A stretch of 64,000 nt of DNA, from contig CM119267.1 in the NCBI GenBank assembly GCA_051294375.1, positions 22,569,486 to 22,633,485 of the forward strand, given 5' to 3'. The position numbers were made by a program, and so were the translations under genes. The stretch is from Paraspadella gotoi (taxonomy: Eukaryota; Animalia; Chaetognatha). Positions 40,103 to 53,806 of this stretch are shown in pieces. Positions within the stretch are counted from its first letter, which is position 1; each line of letters starts with the position of its first letter. The notes under the pieces were generated by a model that saw only the letters and a list, made by a program, of their open reading frames with translations, had not been told where the DNA came from and did not search any database.

Positions 40103-40688
40103 GAGAGGCGGACAAAGACAACAGAAGATAGATTCGATATTACACCAAATAAAGGGAGCGAAATTGAAAGTTTAGTAGTTTTTTTTTTGCAGCTTTTTAG
40201 TCCATTTTTTTTTTCTGTTTTGGATAGCATCGGAATATTGGAAAAGAAATATTCGTCGTCAGCCTAATGTTTAATGGAAACTCGGTCAATGTTGGATGGA
40301 GAAGACGCACAATAAGGAAGAGTTAAAGAAATAAAAAGAGTTCAACAAAGAAGAGACAATGAAATTAGGATAGAAAGAAAGAAGGAATGAAAAAATAGGG
40401 AAAAAAAAAGACAAAGAAAAAATAAGGGGAAAAAAGGAATAGAATTAATAAATAAAAACAAATGCATAAAAAGAAATATAAAAGAAACAAATAAAAAAAG
40501 AAAAAGGCAAGTAATTGAAAAAAATGAGAGTGAGGGAAAACCCAAGTCGGTAGAAGAAAAAAAAAAATGCCGACTTCGCAGATTTACATCAGAAAGAAAG
40601 AAAAAAAGAAAGAAAAAAAAGAAGAAAAAGAAAAAGAAAGAAAGAAGAAAGAAAGAAAGAAAAAAAAAGAAAGAAAGAAAGAAAGAAA

Positions 40689-40719
<31 letters not shown>

Positions 40720-42104
40720 AAAAGAAAGAAAGAAAGAAAAAAAAAGAAAGAAAAAAAAAGCGACTCGAGATACATCAGAAAGAAAGAAAAAAAGAAGAAA
40801 AAAGAAAGAAAAAAAGAAAGAAAAAAGAAAGAAAGAAAGAAGAAAGAAGAAAGAAGAAGAAAGAAAGAGAAAAGAAAAAAGAAAGAAAAAAGAAAAGAAA
40901 AAAAAAAAAAAATGCCGACTTCGCAGATTTACATCATTTTTACTCCATACTTTTTACAGGAATCCTACTTTTTCTCTGAATACAACTTTGCGGAATTTCC
41001 CTTCTGCAGCCTGCAGCCTGCAGTGCAGGGGATAAAAGGTTAAATTAATTATTACGATCGATCTATTCTGATTTTGCTTTTGTGTAATTTTAATTCTTGA
41101 AGTTTTAGGCTCACATTTGCATAAGCGCCCGATTTCTGCTCCTTAATCCATGAACTTGATTTTAACTCTAATAATTAACCCTAATTTTTTTACCAAATCC
41201 ATAAACTATTCTCTACTCTAGTCCCTAATCTCTACCACAAACCCTTATTCTTAAACGGTAATCCTTAACCCTAATCCCTAACCCTAATCAACAACCGATG
41301 TCCTTCATCCACTGACCGCAAAGTCAATCTTTCAGAAAGCCAACTCCTCCCCTTCTTCCGTGTGAACCCTAAACCTGAACCACGAACCAGTTAACCAAGA
41401 AATTTGCGGCCCTTTTTTTTCATTACAACCCTTTTATCATTAAACCAATAAATTCGTAATCTCTTGAACTCTGAAAATTCCCCCGCCCCTCTCTATTCTG
41501 AATATAATCTTTATTCAGGTGCTTACCGAGGAAGCGATTCTTACCTTTCTCTTCTTTCACTCACCCTTCTCCCGTTCGTTCAACGTCCTCGTCGCGAACC
41601 CACCCTAAACAATATCCCCACCCCCACCCTCTTTCTTTCTCCTTCAGACGTAAATGATAAACGGTTTCGCGACGGATTCGCTAAAAACGAGGCGAAAGAT
41701 AACGAGAGATGAGAAGGGAGGAGGCCCTGGGGGGGGGGCGAAAGATGGAGAGAAAGTGTAAGTCGGGGGGAGGAGCTTAAAAGGAGCAAGAAAATGAACA
41801 GAAAACAAGAAGGAAAAAAAAATCTTAAAAGAATAGGATCGAGCCTACATTCAATGATAACCAAATATTGATGCGATGATAACCCAAGGATTGATGCGAT
41901 GATAATCAAATGATTGATGCGATGTTAACCAAATATTAATGCGATGATAACCAACAATTGATCGATGTGATGATAACCAAATGATTGATGTGATAATAAC
42001 CAAATGGTTGATATAATTATAGTCATTCATTGATGCGATGATAGTCATTCATTGACTCAATGAATCATTCATCATAAATAAAACAAACAAATGCGTGTAT
42101 GAGT

Positions 42105-42142
<38 letters not shown>

Positions 42143-45100
42143 AAGAAAGAGAGAGAGAAAGAAAGAGAATAAATCCACGAAAATCTCGGATGTAAATTTG
42201 GGATTTTGCATTGAGAAAAAAGCGCGGAATAAATGGCGATAATAAAAGTTTTTAAAAAGAAAAAAAAAAAAAATTTCAAAAAACGATCACGCAAGAGATC
42301 GTAGAGAGAGAGAGAGAGAGAGACAGAAAGAGAAAGAGAGAGATAGACAGAGACAGAGAAAGAAAGAGAGAGAAAGCTGGACAGCCGCTGGAAGGCAGCT
42401 GAACAGTCACTGCAGAGCCTGAACTCGTTTTTAAAGGGTTCAAAAAAACCTATATATAATTTAAAGAAATAAAAGAAAGGAAAAAAATGTTACAATTGTT
42501 TACAAAAGAAAATTTTAACAATTTTTTCCAATCATAGCTTGTAAAAGATTTTATTTTTATTTGTATAAAACTAAGATATAGCTTCTCATTAAAAAGGTCT
42601 TTTGATTTCACATGTTTTTTAATGATTCAAAGATTTGTTTATGAATTTCATCTTCAATATTATTTACTGCAATATGTAAATTAGATTAAAGCATTTCTAT
42701 TTATAATTTGGATATTATAATGAGTATATCATCTCATTTGCATATTGCAGTAAATCATAATGAAGTAGAAATTCAAACAAAAAATACTTGAATCCAAATG
42801 TAATATGAAAATTTCAGAGCTATTTCAAGATGAGAAGCCATATCTAAATTTTTAACTTACTATGATCGCACACTTTTATAATAATTTTTATTGAAAAAAA
42901 AACTAATTCCCAGCCAAAACTATAAAAGCGTAGTAGTTTTTATTGAAAAAAAGCATGACGCCGACGACGACGACGACGTCACAAAGAAGCTCACCCAAAT
43001 CAATATCGAGCCTGAACCGGCTTCGCCGGTAGGCTCGATAAAAATATAAAGATTAGAGAAAGAAAATAGCAATAAAAAAAGAAAAGAAACTTAACACAAA
43101 TTAAGAATGTTAATTTTAAATGAAATTATGAACGAGGGAGAGCTTCCAACAGAGATTGAAAGAGAGTAAATAAGAAATGAAAAATAGCCAACAGTGAGAA
43201 CATTTAAATTACGTATGGTGGACTAAAATTCACCAACCGTTCATCAGCGGCCATTGGTGCAGAAAGCAAGTCGTTGGCCTCCCCTCCCAACCCAAAGGTC
43301 CAGGGTTCTAGCCCGGTGGTCGCAGTTCTAGCAGTTAAGAGGGACGGGGCCTTCAACCCGCCTTCAACCCACCTGTAACACGGTGTAACAGCCCCATCCG
43401 AAGCTCAGCCTGTTTCTGTCAGGTTCTGTCACTATCCGATTTGACCGAAAAATCGTCCTGTCACTAAATTTGCTCCTTTGTTTAATTTTTCCGCGCCCTT
43501 CCTTAACAAAATTTTGCTTTTTTAAAAAATATAAATCAAGAGAAAAACAACGACGGCAGACTGTAATCTTCTAGTCTTTTATGAATGGTAGGCATTCAAG
43601 CGTTTACTGCATAACCGTCCAGTTTCTGAATGCGGCCATAGTGGGAGGAATGAAGGCTTTCCCACCGGGAGCGGTCGTAGAAGCTTGCTCAGCCTTCTGT
43701 GGGCGCTTGCAAAAAGTCTTCGTTCCCGAATATGGTTTGGTTTTTTTTAATTAGATCGTATTGTTCTTATAATTTTTCAAACTTGTACAAATTTTTATTC
43801 AATTACGGTGATATTTGCCTATCCAAATGATTTTCCAAAAAGAGCTGGACCTCCAAATAGTAACGGCGGTGTTCGACTTTTTCTTGGGGTATTCAAGTTA
43901 AGTATTTAAGTTTTTTATATCCGATCCCGATCACGCTTCCTCCCACGCCCCCCCTACCCATTTCCATCCCACCCACTCATCCCAATCCATCTCCCCAACC
44001 CCTTACCGTTCCATCCCTCGCCATCTCCACCGTCCCTTTCTTTCTCCCCACGAGGTCCACCTCCCCTTTGTAGACGTAAAGACACTTAGCCACCGTCTCC
44101 CACTCGCTGAGGATCACGTCGCCCGGCAGATGGAACTCTTCGCGGACAAGCAGCGCCAGCCGCCGCCGGAACCAGGGCGGGAGGGGACGCAAGCAGCTCA
44201 GGCGGCGCAGGAAGGGTCCGGCCACGGCGTGGTGAACCTCTTGGCGCAGGGAGAAAGGGAGACTGCGGAAGACGGTCTGAAGGCTGCGACCATCGAAGTT
44301 GGCGTGGAAAAAGCGCATGTATCTGGAAGCGGTCGAGAGGGAAAGGATACATTATTAGACTTTATAGTTATGAATACATATTCTTTCTAAATTATTACAT
44401 ATTACGACATTACTGAAGCTTTTATTCGATCCATATCTCCTTCTTTATGACATGATGCAAGTTAACGTGGCGAAACCTACCCATGCAAATATTTAGCATA
44501 TTTCTTTATCTGTGAGCCAAATTTGAAGCTTTATATTAATAATACCGCACGCGTTTGGTTCTACCAAACCTCCTTTACTTTTACCATAACCCTCACTTAT
44601 CTACAAAAAGAAAAATTAGTAAAAAGGCAGTAAGAAGCAGACTCGTGGTAGCGAAAATCTATGACAAAATTTTGTACTCCTTGATTTGTTAGTTAAACTA
44701 AAATGACAAATTTTTTTCCCATTTTTTCAAGATTTGACTTTCTTTTTTTACTGTATTTCTCCTGGGTTAAGGCAAAGAATAAGGAAGACATTTTGAGTTA
44801 AGTCATGTTATTGTAATCATATATGTATATCTTGAAACAGTTCGGACTATAGCTTCTATACCATAAATATTTTTATTTCTAAAAAAATTAGGAAAAAAAA
44901 ATCAGATTCTTGCTATTTGATTTTGCTACAATCTGATTTTTTTCTTTTTTGATATCTTTATTTTAGAATAAAAATAAAAATCTCAATGAGCATAGTTCAT
45001 TTTTTTCTGATTTTTAAAAAAAGACTTAATATTTTTTTTTATTTAAGTTAATATTTATACTTTTATGAATAAAACAAAGCTCACATGAAAGTATAAAGAT

Positions 45101-48100
45101 AGGGGAGATGAATTGGAATGGCAAAAGTATAAAAAGTAAGAAGCTTGGAAAAAAGGTAAGTTAAGAATGAAAGATCAAAAAAGAAAATGAGAAATAGATT
45201 GATAGAGAGAAAGATAGAGAAATGGCGATGCCATTTCTATTATTTTTTTTGCCATTTGTTTTACCATTTCTTTGACCTTTTGTAGATTGCGCTTTTGCTT
45301 TTCTTGGAGATTACTTTCCCTTTTCTTTCTCTTTTACCAGATTTATTAGGCCATAGACTTTAGACCCTTTTCTCAGCCCATCCAAAAACGGCTTTTTACG
45401 GAGTTATGCCAACCCACGTCACGTCAAGTCACATTTCGTCATGATACCGTTTCAGAGAGCCTTTTAGGCCAGGCTTTGAGCCAAAGAGACTTTACGGCTT
45501 TAGACTAATGGGCAGTCTAGTGGATAGACTAATGGTACCGCAGACTCGAGCCCACAGACTTGTGGACGGATTCATGGTCTTGGACCACACTCTCGTGACA
45601 CCTCGTCGACCAGCCTCGCAGCGCCGGTACCGGCGACCGCGAGCCTTTCCGTCTTCGATACGGCGCCCCGACATTAACGGCGCTCGCCCACTGGCGCCAG
45701 GTGTCGCCGCGCCTCTTCCCGATGACGGCTTCGAGGGACGTTGAGGACGGCCAACTGCAGTACAGCTTTGTGATGGGAGAGATACCGAGGAGGCCTCGAC
45801 CTACCCCACGGATTCATTGACAGATATTGAATGAGAAAAAGGAATCATAGTTGTTATTATGTTTATACTTATTATTATTGTTGTTATTATTATTATATAT
45901 TTTTACTTTTTAAAATGAAAAAATTAAATAATTAAAATTTTTTTAAATTTTTTTTATTTAAATTAATTTTTACCAGAATGATTTTGTCCAAACCTAAGAT
46001 TAAGCTCAATCAACCTCTTTTCTGGCCACACACAAAATTTCAGATCAATCCATCACTTTACTCAAGTGTAATGATAGGTTAAAGCTACAGATGGATGGAC
46101 AAATAAATAAATGTATGGAAAGAGGGAAAGATTCAATTTTTTTGGATAATTTTTTATAAATCCGTATTCTAAGATAAACCAAATAATTTACCAACAAAAT
46201 ATAAGGGGTAGACAAATAAACGGATAAAATGGCTTATAGAATTGGACTACCATAAGAAAAAAAAATTTATATATTAATTTTTCTTTATTATACTATATTT
46301 AATCATATCCTAACTACCAAATATTATTTTGCATTGATTTTTTTTCATATATGAAGAAAACTATGATGTTTCATATAACCTATTCAGTAAGGCATAGTAA
46401 AAGTTACATACGAAAATTCTAAAAGTAATTATTGAACAACATACCATCAGTGAACATTAATTTGTAAAAAAAAATTAATTTTATGTTTTTTAATTTTCGC
46501 AGTAGGCTATATTTATATATAGTACTATCCTTATAAAATCGAAAAATTTTAAAATAGGCTTTTCTTTATTTTGATTGCAGATTTGAATTCCTCGTCAAAA
46601 GTTGATAAAAGAAAATTAAATCATTTTTAAAAATTCTTTCATTAAGTGGGTTAAAAATTAAAAAAACTATATTTAATATATAAAAAATTAATTTTCAGCT
46701 TATAATATACCTTTTTCTAATTTTTGACCCACTTAATGAAAAAATTTTCAAAAAGAGTTTTATTTCTTTGTATCAACTTTTTATGACGAATCGGAATCTG
46801 CAAAAAAATCTTAGAAAAAACTGTTTTGAAATTTTAACATTTATTGATTTAGTACTAGTATAAATATGGCCTACTGGCTAAATTGTAAAATTTATTAAAA
46901 ATTTTTTTATTACATAATATAATTTTCATTAATATAATGTTGTTCGTTCCTCACTTTTAGAATTTTAATTAAATTTAAATTTAGAAATTTTACTACGCCT
47001 TACTATTCAGAGATGACGATTTTAATCACCAATTTTTTTTATGGCTGCATACACTACGCCACGCTAACTTGCATCGTATCTTATACACACACAGTCACAC
47101 TCAGTCTCTCTCATATCCTAATTTTAACCTGGTAATCTTGTCGATAGTTTTGGCGGAGCACTGGTTAACATGAAGGACTTGTTTGACATCCTCCATCTTG
47201 CGGTTGAATTCAGCCTCGACGGCAGTTAACCCAAAAATTACGTTCGTTATCAGGGCTTTAGGGTTGAAGAGGAGAAAGTTTAATACCATTTGCCAAATTT
47301 TATCATACATATAGTATCTAGCATTCACTACTTTTTTTACCAAGCAAGATGAACTAAATTTTGCTAAATGAAAAAAAACATTAATATTAAGTTTGGAGCA
47401 CGTGACTTGAACTTTGAAAAAATTTTCAAAAAGAGTTATATTTCTTTTTATCAACTTTTTATGACATATCCAAATCTGCAAAAAATCTTAGAAAAAACTG
47501 TTTTGAAATTTTAACATTTATTGGATTAGTACAAGGATAAATAGGGCCTACTGTGTAAATTGTAAAATTTATTATAAATTTTTTTATTACATAAATGTTC
47601 ATTAGTATAATGTTGTTCGTTCCTCACTTTTAGAATTTTAATTAAAGTTAAATTTATAAATTTTACTACGCCTTAGTAGACACACCTTAATTGCCAACTA
47701 TTAAACTCTTTTTTATTTCTTTATTTTAAGAAAACGAAAAAAAAAAACAACTATTAAATCTACAACTGATAAATACCTTGTATGTATATCCAGCAGAAAA
47801 AGAAGGTGATGATGAAGCAGATAAAGAGAAAACGCTCGATCATAGTGACGGGCGTGACTTCGCCGTAACCAGTGAATGTCGCCGAAGATAAGCAAAAGAA
47901 GAAAGAGACGGCGAAGAGTTGGGCGAAGCTCTCGGAATATTCGTAGTCTTTGCCGACGCGGATCCACGTTCCGTAAGTGCATTGGTTCAAGTCGAAACTG
48001 AAACAACCTGGGTTTTGGAATGAGGTTTGGAAGGGGGAAGAGAGTAAGATTTATCGGGGTATAAAGGGGATTAGCGTAGTAAGGGAGAGAAAGAGAGAGA

Positions 48101-50313
48101 GTTTCGTGAGGGATAACTCGTTTTTGGTCACTCAGCCTGTCCCTTGGTCTGCCCTACTTACTTGTTTATAACTCCGGTAATATTGTATCTATTAAGTTCA
48201 TATTTGGTAGGAAGCGTGTGTTACTGACCGACATGAAGCCAGATCATAGACGCCACGATCAATAACACCGACCCGACGCATGCAACCCGGATGAACGTTT
48301 TCATGGCAAGCAAGGATTGGTTGAAAGTCATCATGACATTGTCCTGAAACTGTTGAACTGCTAATACTAAATGACCATGGAGATTGAGAAGACAGAGACA
48401 GAGCACTGCGACGTTACGCGGGTCTCGCGGCGGCCAGGGTAAGGCTGTTTCAACCTCTCGAACGATAAATGGTGTGGGGATCATGAGCAGAATGGTCAGC
48501 GGGAGATAACGAAAGCTGTGGACGTAATGGCGCCAGACTTCGAGAGGTTCCATGACGACTTGCTTGGAGGTTTGGTCGAAGTATCTGCAGGTAATAGAAT
48601 CAAATCAAGTGCTTTTCTTTTGACTTCGCTTAACGGGAAATTTAAAACATTTAAACTGATGAAGTTTAATGTTTTGATGTCATCATGAATACCTACTAAA
48701 TCTTGATTTAGAACAGGGTGGTCAAAAACTTTTAAAAAAATTCAACATTTTTCTAATAGAGATTTTCCGTTCAAATCTGACTGCCCAACTTTACAAACGA
48801 CATTGGGAGAAATTCCGGTAGAAAACAGTTGTAAAAACGCACGATTCCGATAGCGTTGCATCTCAAGAGGTCGACTTTTTGTTCTTGTAGCATTTGATAA
48901 AAAATTTACTATCAAACAAACGAGGAGAAATGGACCACTCATCTCCGGAGGATATTCTAACCTCGTTTTTACTATAGGATGAAAGTGAAATTTCACTTTT
49001 TTAAAATTACAAATGTTACTTCAAATTATGAGATCCCAAAACCCTCGTGTCCCTAGAGCTCGACTTTTTTTGCTGTTATGTGGTGTTATGTGGTGTTGCA
49101 CATAAGTGGCGTCGTCGTCCTTTGTTGTCGTCGTCGGCGTTCCAAATTATTGATCGCCTTTTTGATGATTAAATTTTAGTGTATGAAGCTGAAAATTTAT
49201 ATACAGCTTCTCATCATCAATGTCCTTAAAATTGGGCCAGGACAGTTATTAAATATGTCTTGTTTACGTTTTATTAAAACAAACAAATATCCTCTATTTT
49301 ATTTTTATGTCTCCTTCTCTCTCTCTTTGTAAATCGCTTCAGCGATTTACTACCCCCGAAAATTGTTACAATTTTGGGCCGCTCCCTATTTTTTTTTTTT
49401 CAATTTTTTTTTTTTTTTTCCGTCTTGTAACTTTTGCTACCTACTACGAGGATTTGTCTCTTACTTTTTCTACTATGAGGATTTTCCTTTACTTTCTATA
49501 GAAATTTGCTCTATGTCTGCACCCACTAGATCTTCACTTGCATCGCTTTACACAAAATAGCAAATTTTTGCCTGTTTGGTCTTAATAAAACAGATGGCTC
49601 CACAAACAAAAGAGCATTTTTCTGAAACAAAAGAACAGTCCATTAAATCTTCTTTGTATTTTTACCCTATTCTACTAGAGGGCTTTACAAAGCAGGAGGT
49701 CTTTTGTAAGACAAAGGAACATTCATTTGCTCTTCTGTCTGCACCCACTAGATCTTCACTTGCACCTGCTCTTCAACAAAATAGCAAGTGTTTTTTTTCG
49801 ATTTTTTATCTTAAATATTTTTTAAAATAATGTTTTTTATATTTTTGCAAGTATTTTTTTCCTATTCTATGAAAATATGCAAATTACCTGTTTTACTATT
49901 ATCGAGCCAGATCGCCGTTGCTGATTATTTTTTTCTTCAAAAACTTTTTTATCGCCATTTATTCCACGCTTTTTTCTCAATACAAAATCCCCAAATTTTA
50001 CATGTGAAGAATATCTTACTTGAACCTGGATTTTGTGGCCGTTGCAGGTCAACAGTAAACAATGTCAAGGAACATGACCTAATAACGCGTTTGGGTGGCA
50101 CTGAAACTTTACATGTTAAAAAAAAGTCAACTTGACCGAGATCACGCCGCCGTTGCGAGGCAACGGATAACCGATATAAACGAGAGTGGACCTAATATTG
50201 CGTACGTTGCGGGAAAACTCTTCTCTCTCTCTCTCTTTCTCTTTTAAAAAAAAATTATTATTTTTTTTCACTGCAGCGTCTGTACAGCTCTTTCTCTCTC
50301 TCTCTTTCTCTTT

Positions 50314-50348
<35 letters not shown>

Positions 50349-51501
50349 TTTTTTAGTCACTTTTTTTTTTCACCACCATCAATTGGCGACGAGTAAACGA
50401 GTAAACGAGTTCCGCCTCTGCACGTCTGTATCAGCTTCTTTCTCTCTCTCTCTCATTCTCTATTCTCTTTACGACTTTACGATCTCTTGCGTGATCGTTT
50501 GTTTTTTAAAAATTCTGATTATTTTTTTTCCTTCTAAAAAAACTTTTATTATCGCCATTTATTCTCGATACAAAATCCCAAATTTACATCCGGAGATTTT
50601 CGTGGATACATTTGGAGAAAAAGTGAATAATAACTTATAAATGCCATGCAATGTCACATGAGCTTCTGATAATGTGAGAGGTAAGCGAAATCTGCTATTT
50701 ATAACGGCAGAACAATCTCAAATTTCATTCAAGATTAAAATTTTTTAAAATGAGGAAATAAAATTTTTTTGAAAGTAAAAAAATATTGGAAGTCAAAAAT
50801 ATCATAGTCGTTAACTGAGTATTTTTAACTATATTTTGTTATAGGGATTAATAATTTTTTGACCTTTATTATTGAAAATAGTTAGCTTTATCGCGACAAG
50901 TTTCATTTCATACAATCAATATCAATCTCATTCATTTTCAATAATATGCAAATAGTTAAGGTTTTCAACCTCATTTTGAACTAGATGAAAACAAAAGTCT
51001 TCGTTTATTTCAATTGAAAAAAAAAATAGAAAGTTAATTTATGCTTAATCACACACTAACAAAACAATTTTATTTCTATCACGTTCTAAATATTCGTTTG
51101 CAGTCTCTCTCTGTCTCACTCTCTCTCTGTCTCTCCTCTGCTGTGTCTTTCTCTCTGTGTGTGTCTCGTCTCTCTCTCTCTCTGTGTCTGTCTCTCTCTG
51201 TATGATCTCTTGCGTGAATCGTTCGTTTTTTTTTAAAAATTCTGATTATTTTTTTTCCTTCTAAAAACTTTTATTATCGCCATTTATTATTTTCTCAATA
51301 CAAAATCCCAAAATACAATAACTTACTTGACCTAGATTTCGGTGTCGTTGTAACGAGTAACAATATCGAGGAACATGACCTAATAACGCGTCGATGGCAA
51401 CGGAACGTTACGTGTATACAAAAAATCAACATGACTTAATTTCACGCCGCCGTTGCGAGGCAACGGATAACCGAGATAAACGAGAGTGACCTCATAATGC
51501 G

Positions 51502-51550
<49 letters not shown>

Positions 51551-53774
51551 TTTTTAGTCGGATCTGCTTATCAGCAGATTCCGACTCTATAATTCTGAAA
51601 AAAAAGATGGTCCGCTGTCCGTCCGTCCGGACTGTCCGTCCCCCCTTAGCAAAAAACTTCAATTACTCGTGATTGGATGGTGGATTGGTATGAAATTTTG
51701 TGTGTGGGTAGGAAACTGTGTGATTGAGATTGGATATGAAGTTTCGATGGAATGTGCGAGTGGAAATTGGTTTTAATGGAAAAAAAAAAAAAAAATCTAT
51801 TTCACTATTTGAACGCTAATTGCTCATGAGTGGATAGGGCAATTGACTTAAAATTTGTATAATGTAGGAAAGTGTGTGATTGAGCTGGAAATAAAGTTTC
51901 GATGGAATCATGCGAGGGGAAATGAGTTAAAATGGAAAAAAGAAAAGTCATATTTACTTGAAGTATTTTTACTTAAATTTACTCATTTTTTATTTTTTTG
52001 CTTTTCTTTTGTGAATCAGCAGGGCGCGAACCCGAGTTCCTTGGATTGGAGAGCTCGCGCTACCTCGGCGCTACCGTCGAGTTAAAAGGGGTTGTTCCAG
52101 CTTCTCTCTCTCTCTTTGAATTATATGTCGCTCTCTCTCTCTTTTTTTTCCGTCGCTCCTGCTTCTGATTCTGATTTGTGACGTAGTCGTCGTCGTCGTC
52201 GTCTAATTGCATAATTTTTTCAACTTGCATTATTTTTTCAACTTGCATTATTTTTTTCAACTTGCATTATTTTTTAACTTGCCATTATTTTTTCACTTGC
52301 ATTATTTTTCAACTTGCATTATTTTTTCAACTTACATAATTTTTTTCAATTTGTATAATTTTTTCATTTGTATAATTTTTCAACTTGCATAATTTTTTCA
52401 ACTTGCATATTTTTTTTTAACTTGAAGGCATTTTTTTCGATTTTTAACTATCTATTTATCAAGTTTTATTAGTTAGGCAGTGAGGAAGTTGAAAATGTGT
52501 ATACATTATTATTTGTTTTATATCGATTTAAATATTTTTTGTTTAAATTTCCATTAATTATGATTACTTGCATCTGCAATTAGATTATTAGTACTTTTTC
52601 ATTAATTTTCTTTGATAGTAAGGACTGCGAGATCACTTTACTTTTAAGATGTTTCTTGTTGCTTTCATTGTGTAATGGCCTCCTTTCACCGCATGCAACA
52701 TAATCTTTTCACATAAATGCAAGCCTACACGAATGATGGAGGGGAAAAAAGACAAACTAGAAAACATGAATTAATTTATTACATATATTAACAAAAATAA
52801 ATTATAATTGTATTTTTTTGCAAAACCTGACATGTTACTGAATATTTTTTTTATGATGATGCGAAGTCGCTGTTTTTAATTCGTTTAGCGATTTACTTAC
52901 CCCAAAAAATTGTACAATTCTCTATTCGAAACCCCCCCCACATTAGCCTTTTGTCTCCCCAAAAAGGCGAGACACCGCGCTGTGACAGACATGTGAAACA
53001 GAAACAAAAGTCCAAACGAAAAAATACTCTCCCGGCTCAGCGGCAGCAGAGCTGCTGCAGGGCCCAGTCCCGACGCTGCATCACTCTGTCGAAGTGCTGG
53101 CTGAGCCGGGGGACGGTCACTTCTTTTTTTCGCGCTCTATGTGATCAGTCGCTTTCGCTTATTTTTAGCGCTTTTTTCGATTATTATCGGGACTTTCTTC
53201 GATATTATTGTTTCATATCGAATTTGAACTTTCACGTCGTCTCTTTTTTTTATTCGACGATCGTAAGAATTCGCGCGATTAATCTCGAGAGGATCGCGCG
53301 ATCGCAGTTCGACGAAATCTTTCGGTTTCGACAAGGGTTTGAGGGACCCTGAGAACCACGTGGGCGCGACTGCGTCGCCAGATGCCTCGCGCCCCGGTCG
53401 GTGTTTCTCTCCACCCCCTCCTCTGCTTTAGGCGCTGTCTTCCGTTACCTCGGTTACGGCGCCTCGGGCCGCGCGCGCAGGGGCGCCGCAACCCGGCACC
53501 AGGGGTGTCGGTTCGGGGTGGACAGCCTACACGCAGCCCTGGGAGGCATGCGCAACGGCTGGAGGCCTGGAAGTATTTGAAGGACGCCCTCAACGGGTTT
53601 TCAAGGAAATGCGGGATTCGCTTCGCCAGGAGGAATCATAATTCCATTCAGAATTACAGGATTTTGGGCCGCTCCTTTTTTTTTTATTATAGTTTATTTA
53701 TAGTTTTATGTTTCTTTTATCTTTCCCTATGTCTGTCCGTCAGTCTCTCTCTCTCTCACTCACTCACTCACTCA

Positions 53775-53806
<32 letters not shown>

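Noticed and set aside
41160-41300. Interstitial telomere or chromosome fusion site
   Set aside because: Only a few degenerate CCCTAA units; more consistent with a dispersed repeat that carries the motif.
43247-43323. Functional tRNA-Gly gene
   Set aside because: The anticodon loop is duplicated, the D and T arms are imperfect, and it sits in a dispersed repeat with a second degenerate copy.
45755-45800. 5S rRNA-like 'agtac...gatgggaga...atacc' motif in a GC-rich intronic block
   Set aside because: The similarity is short and gapped, and the rest of 5S is absent.
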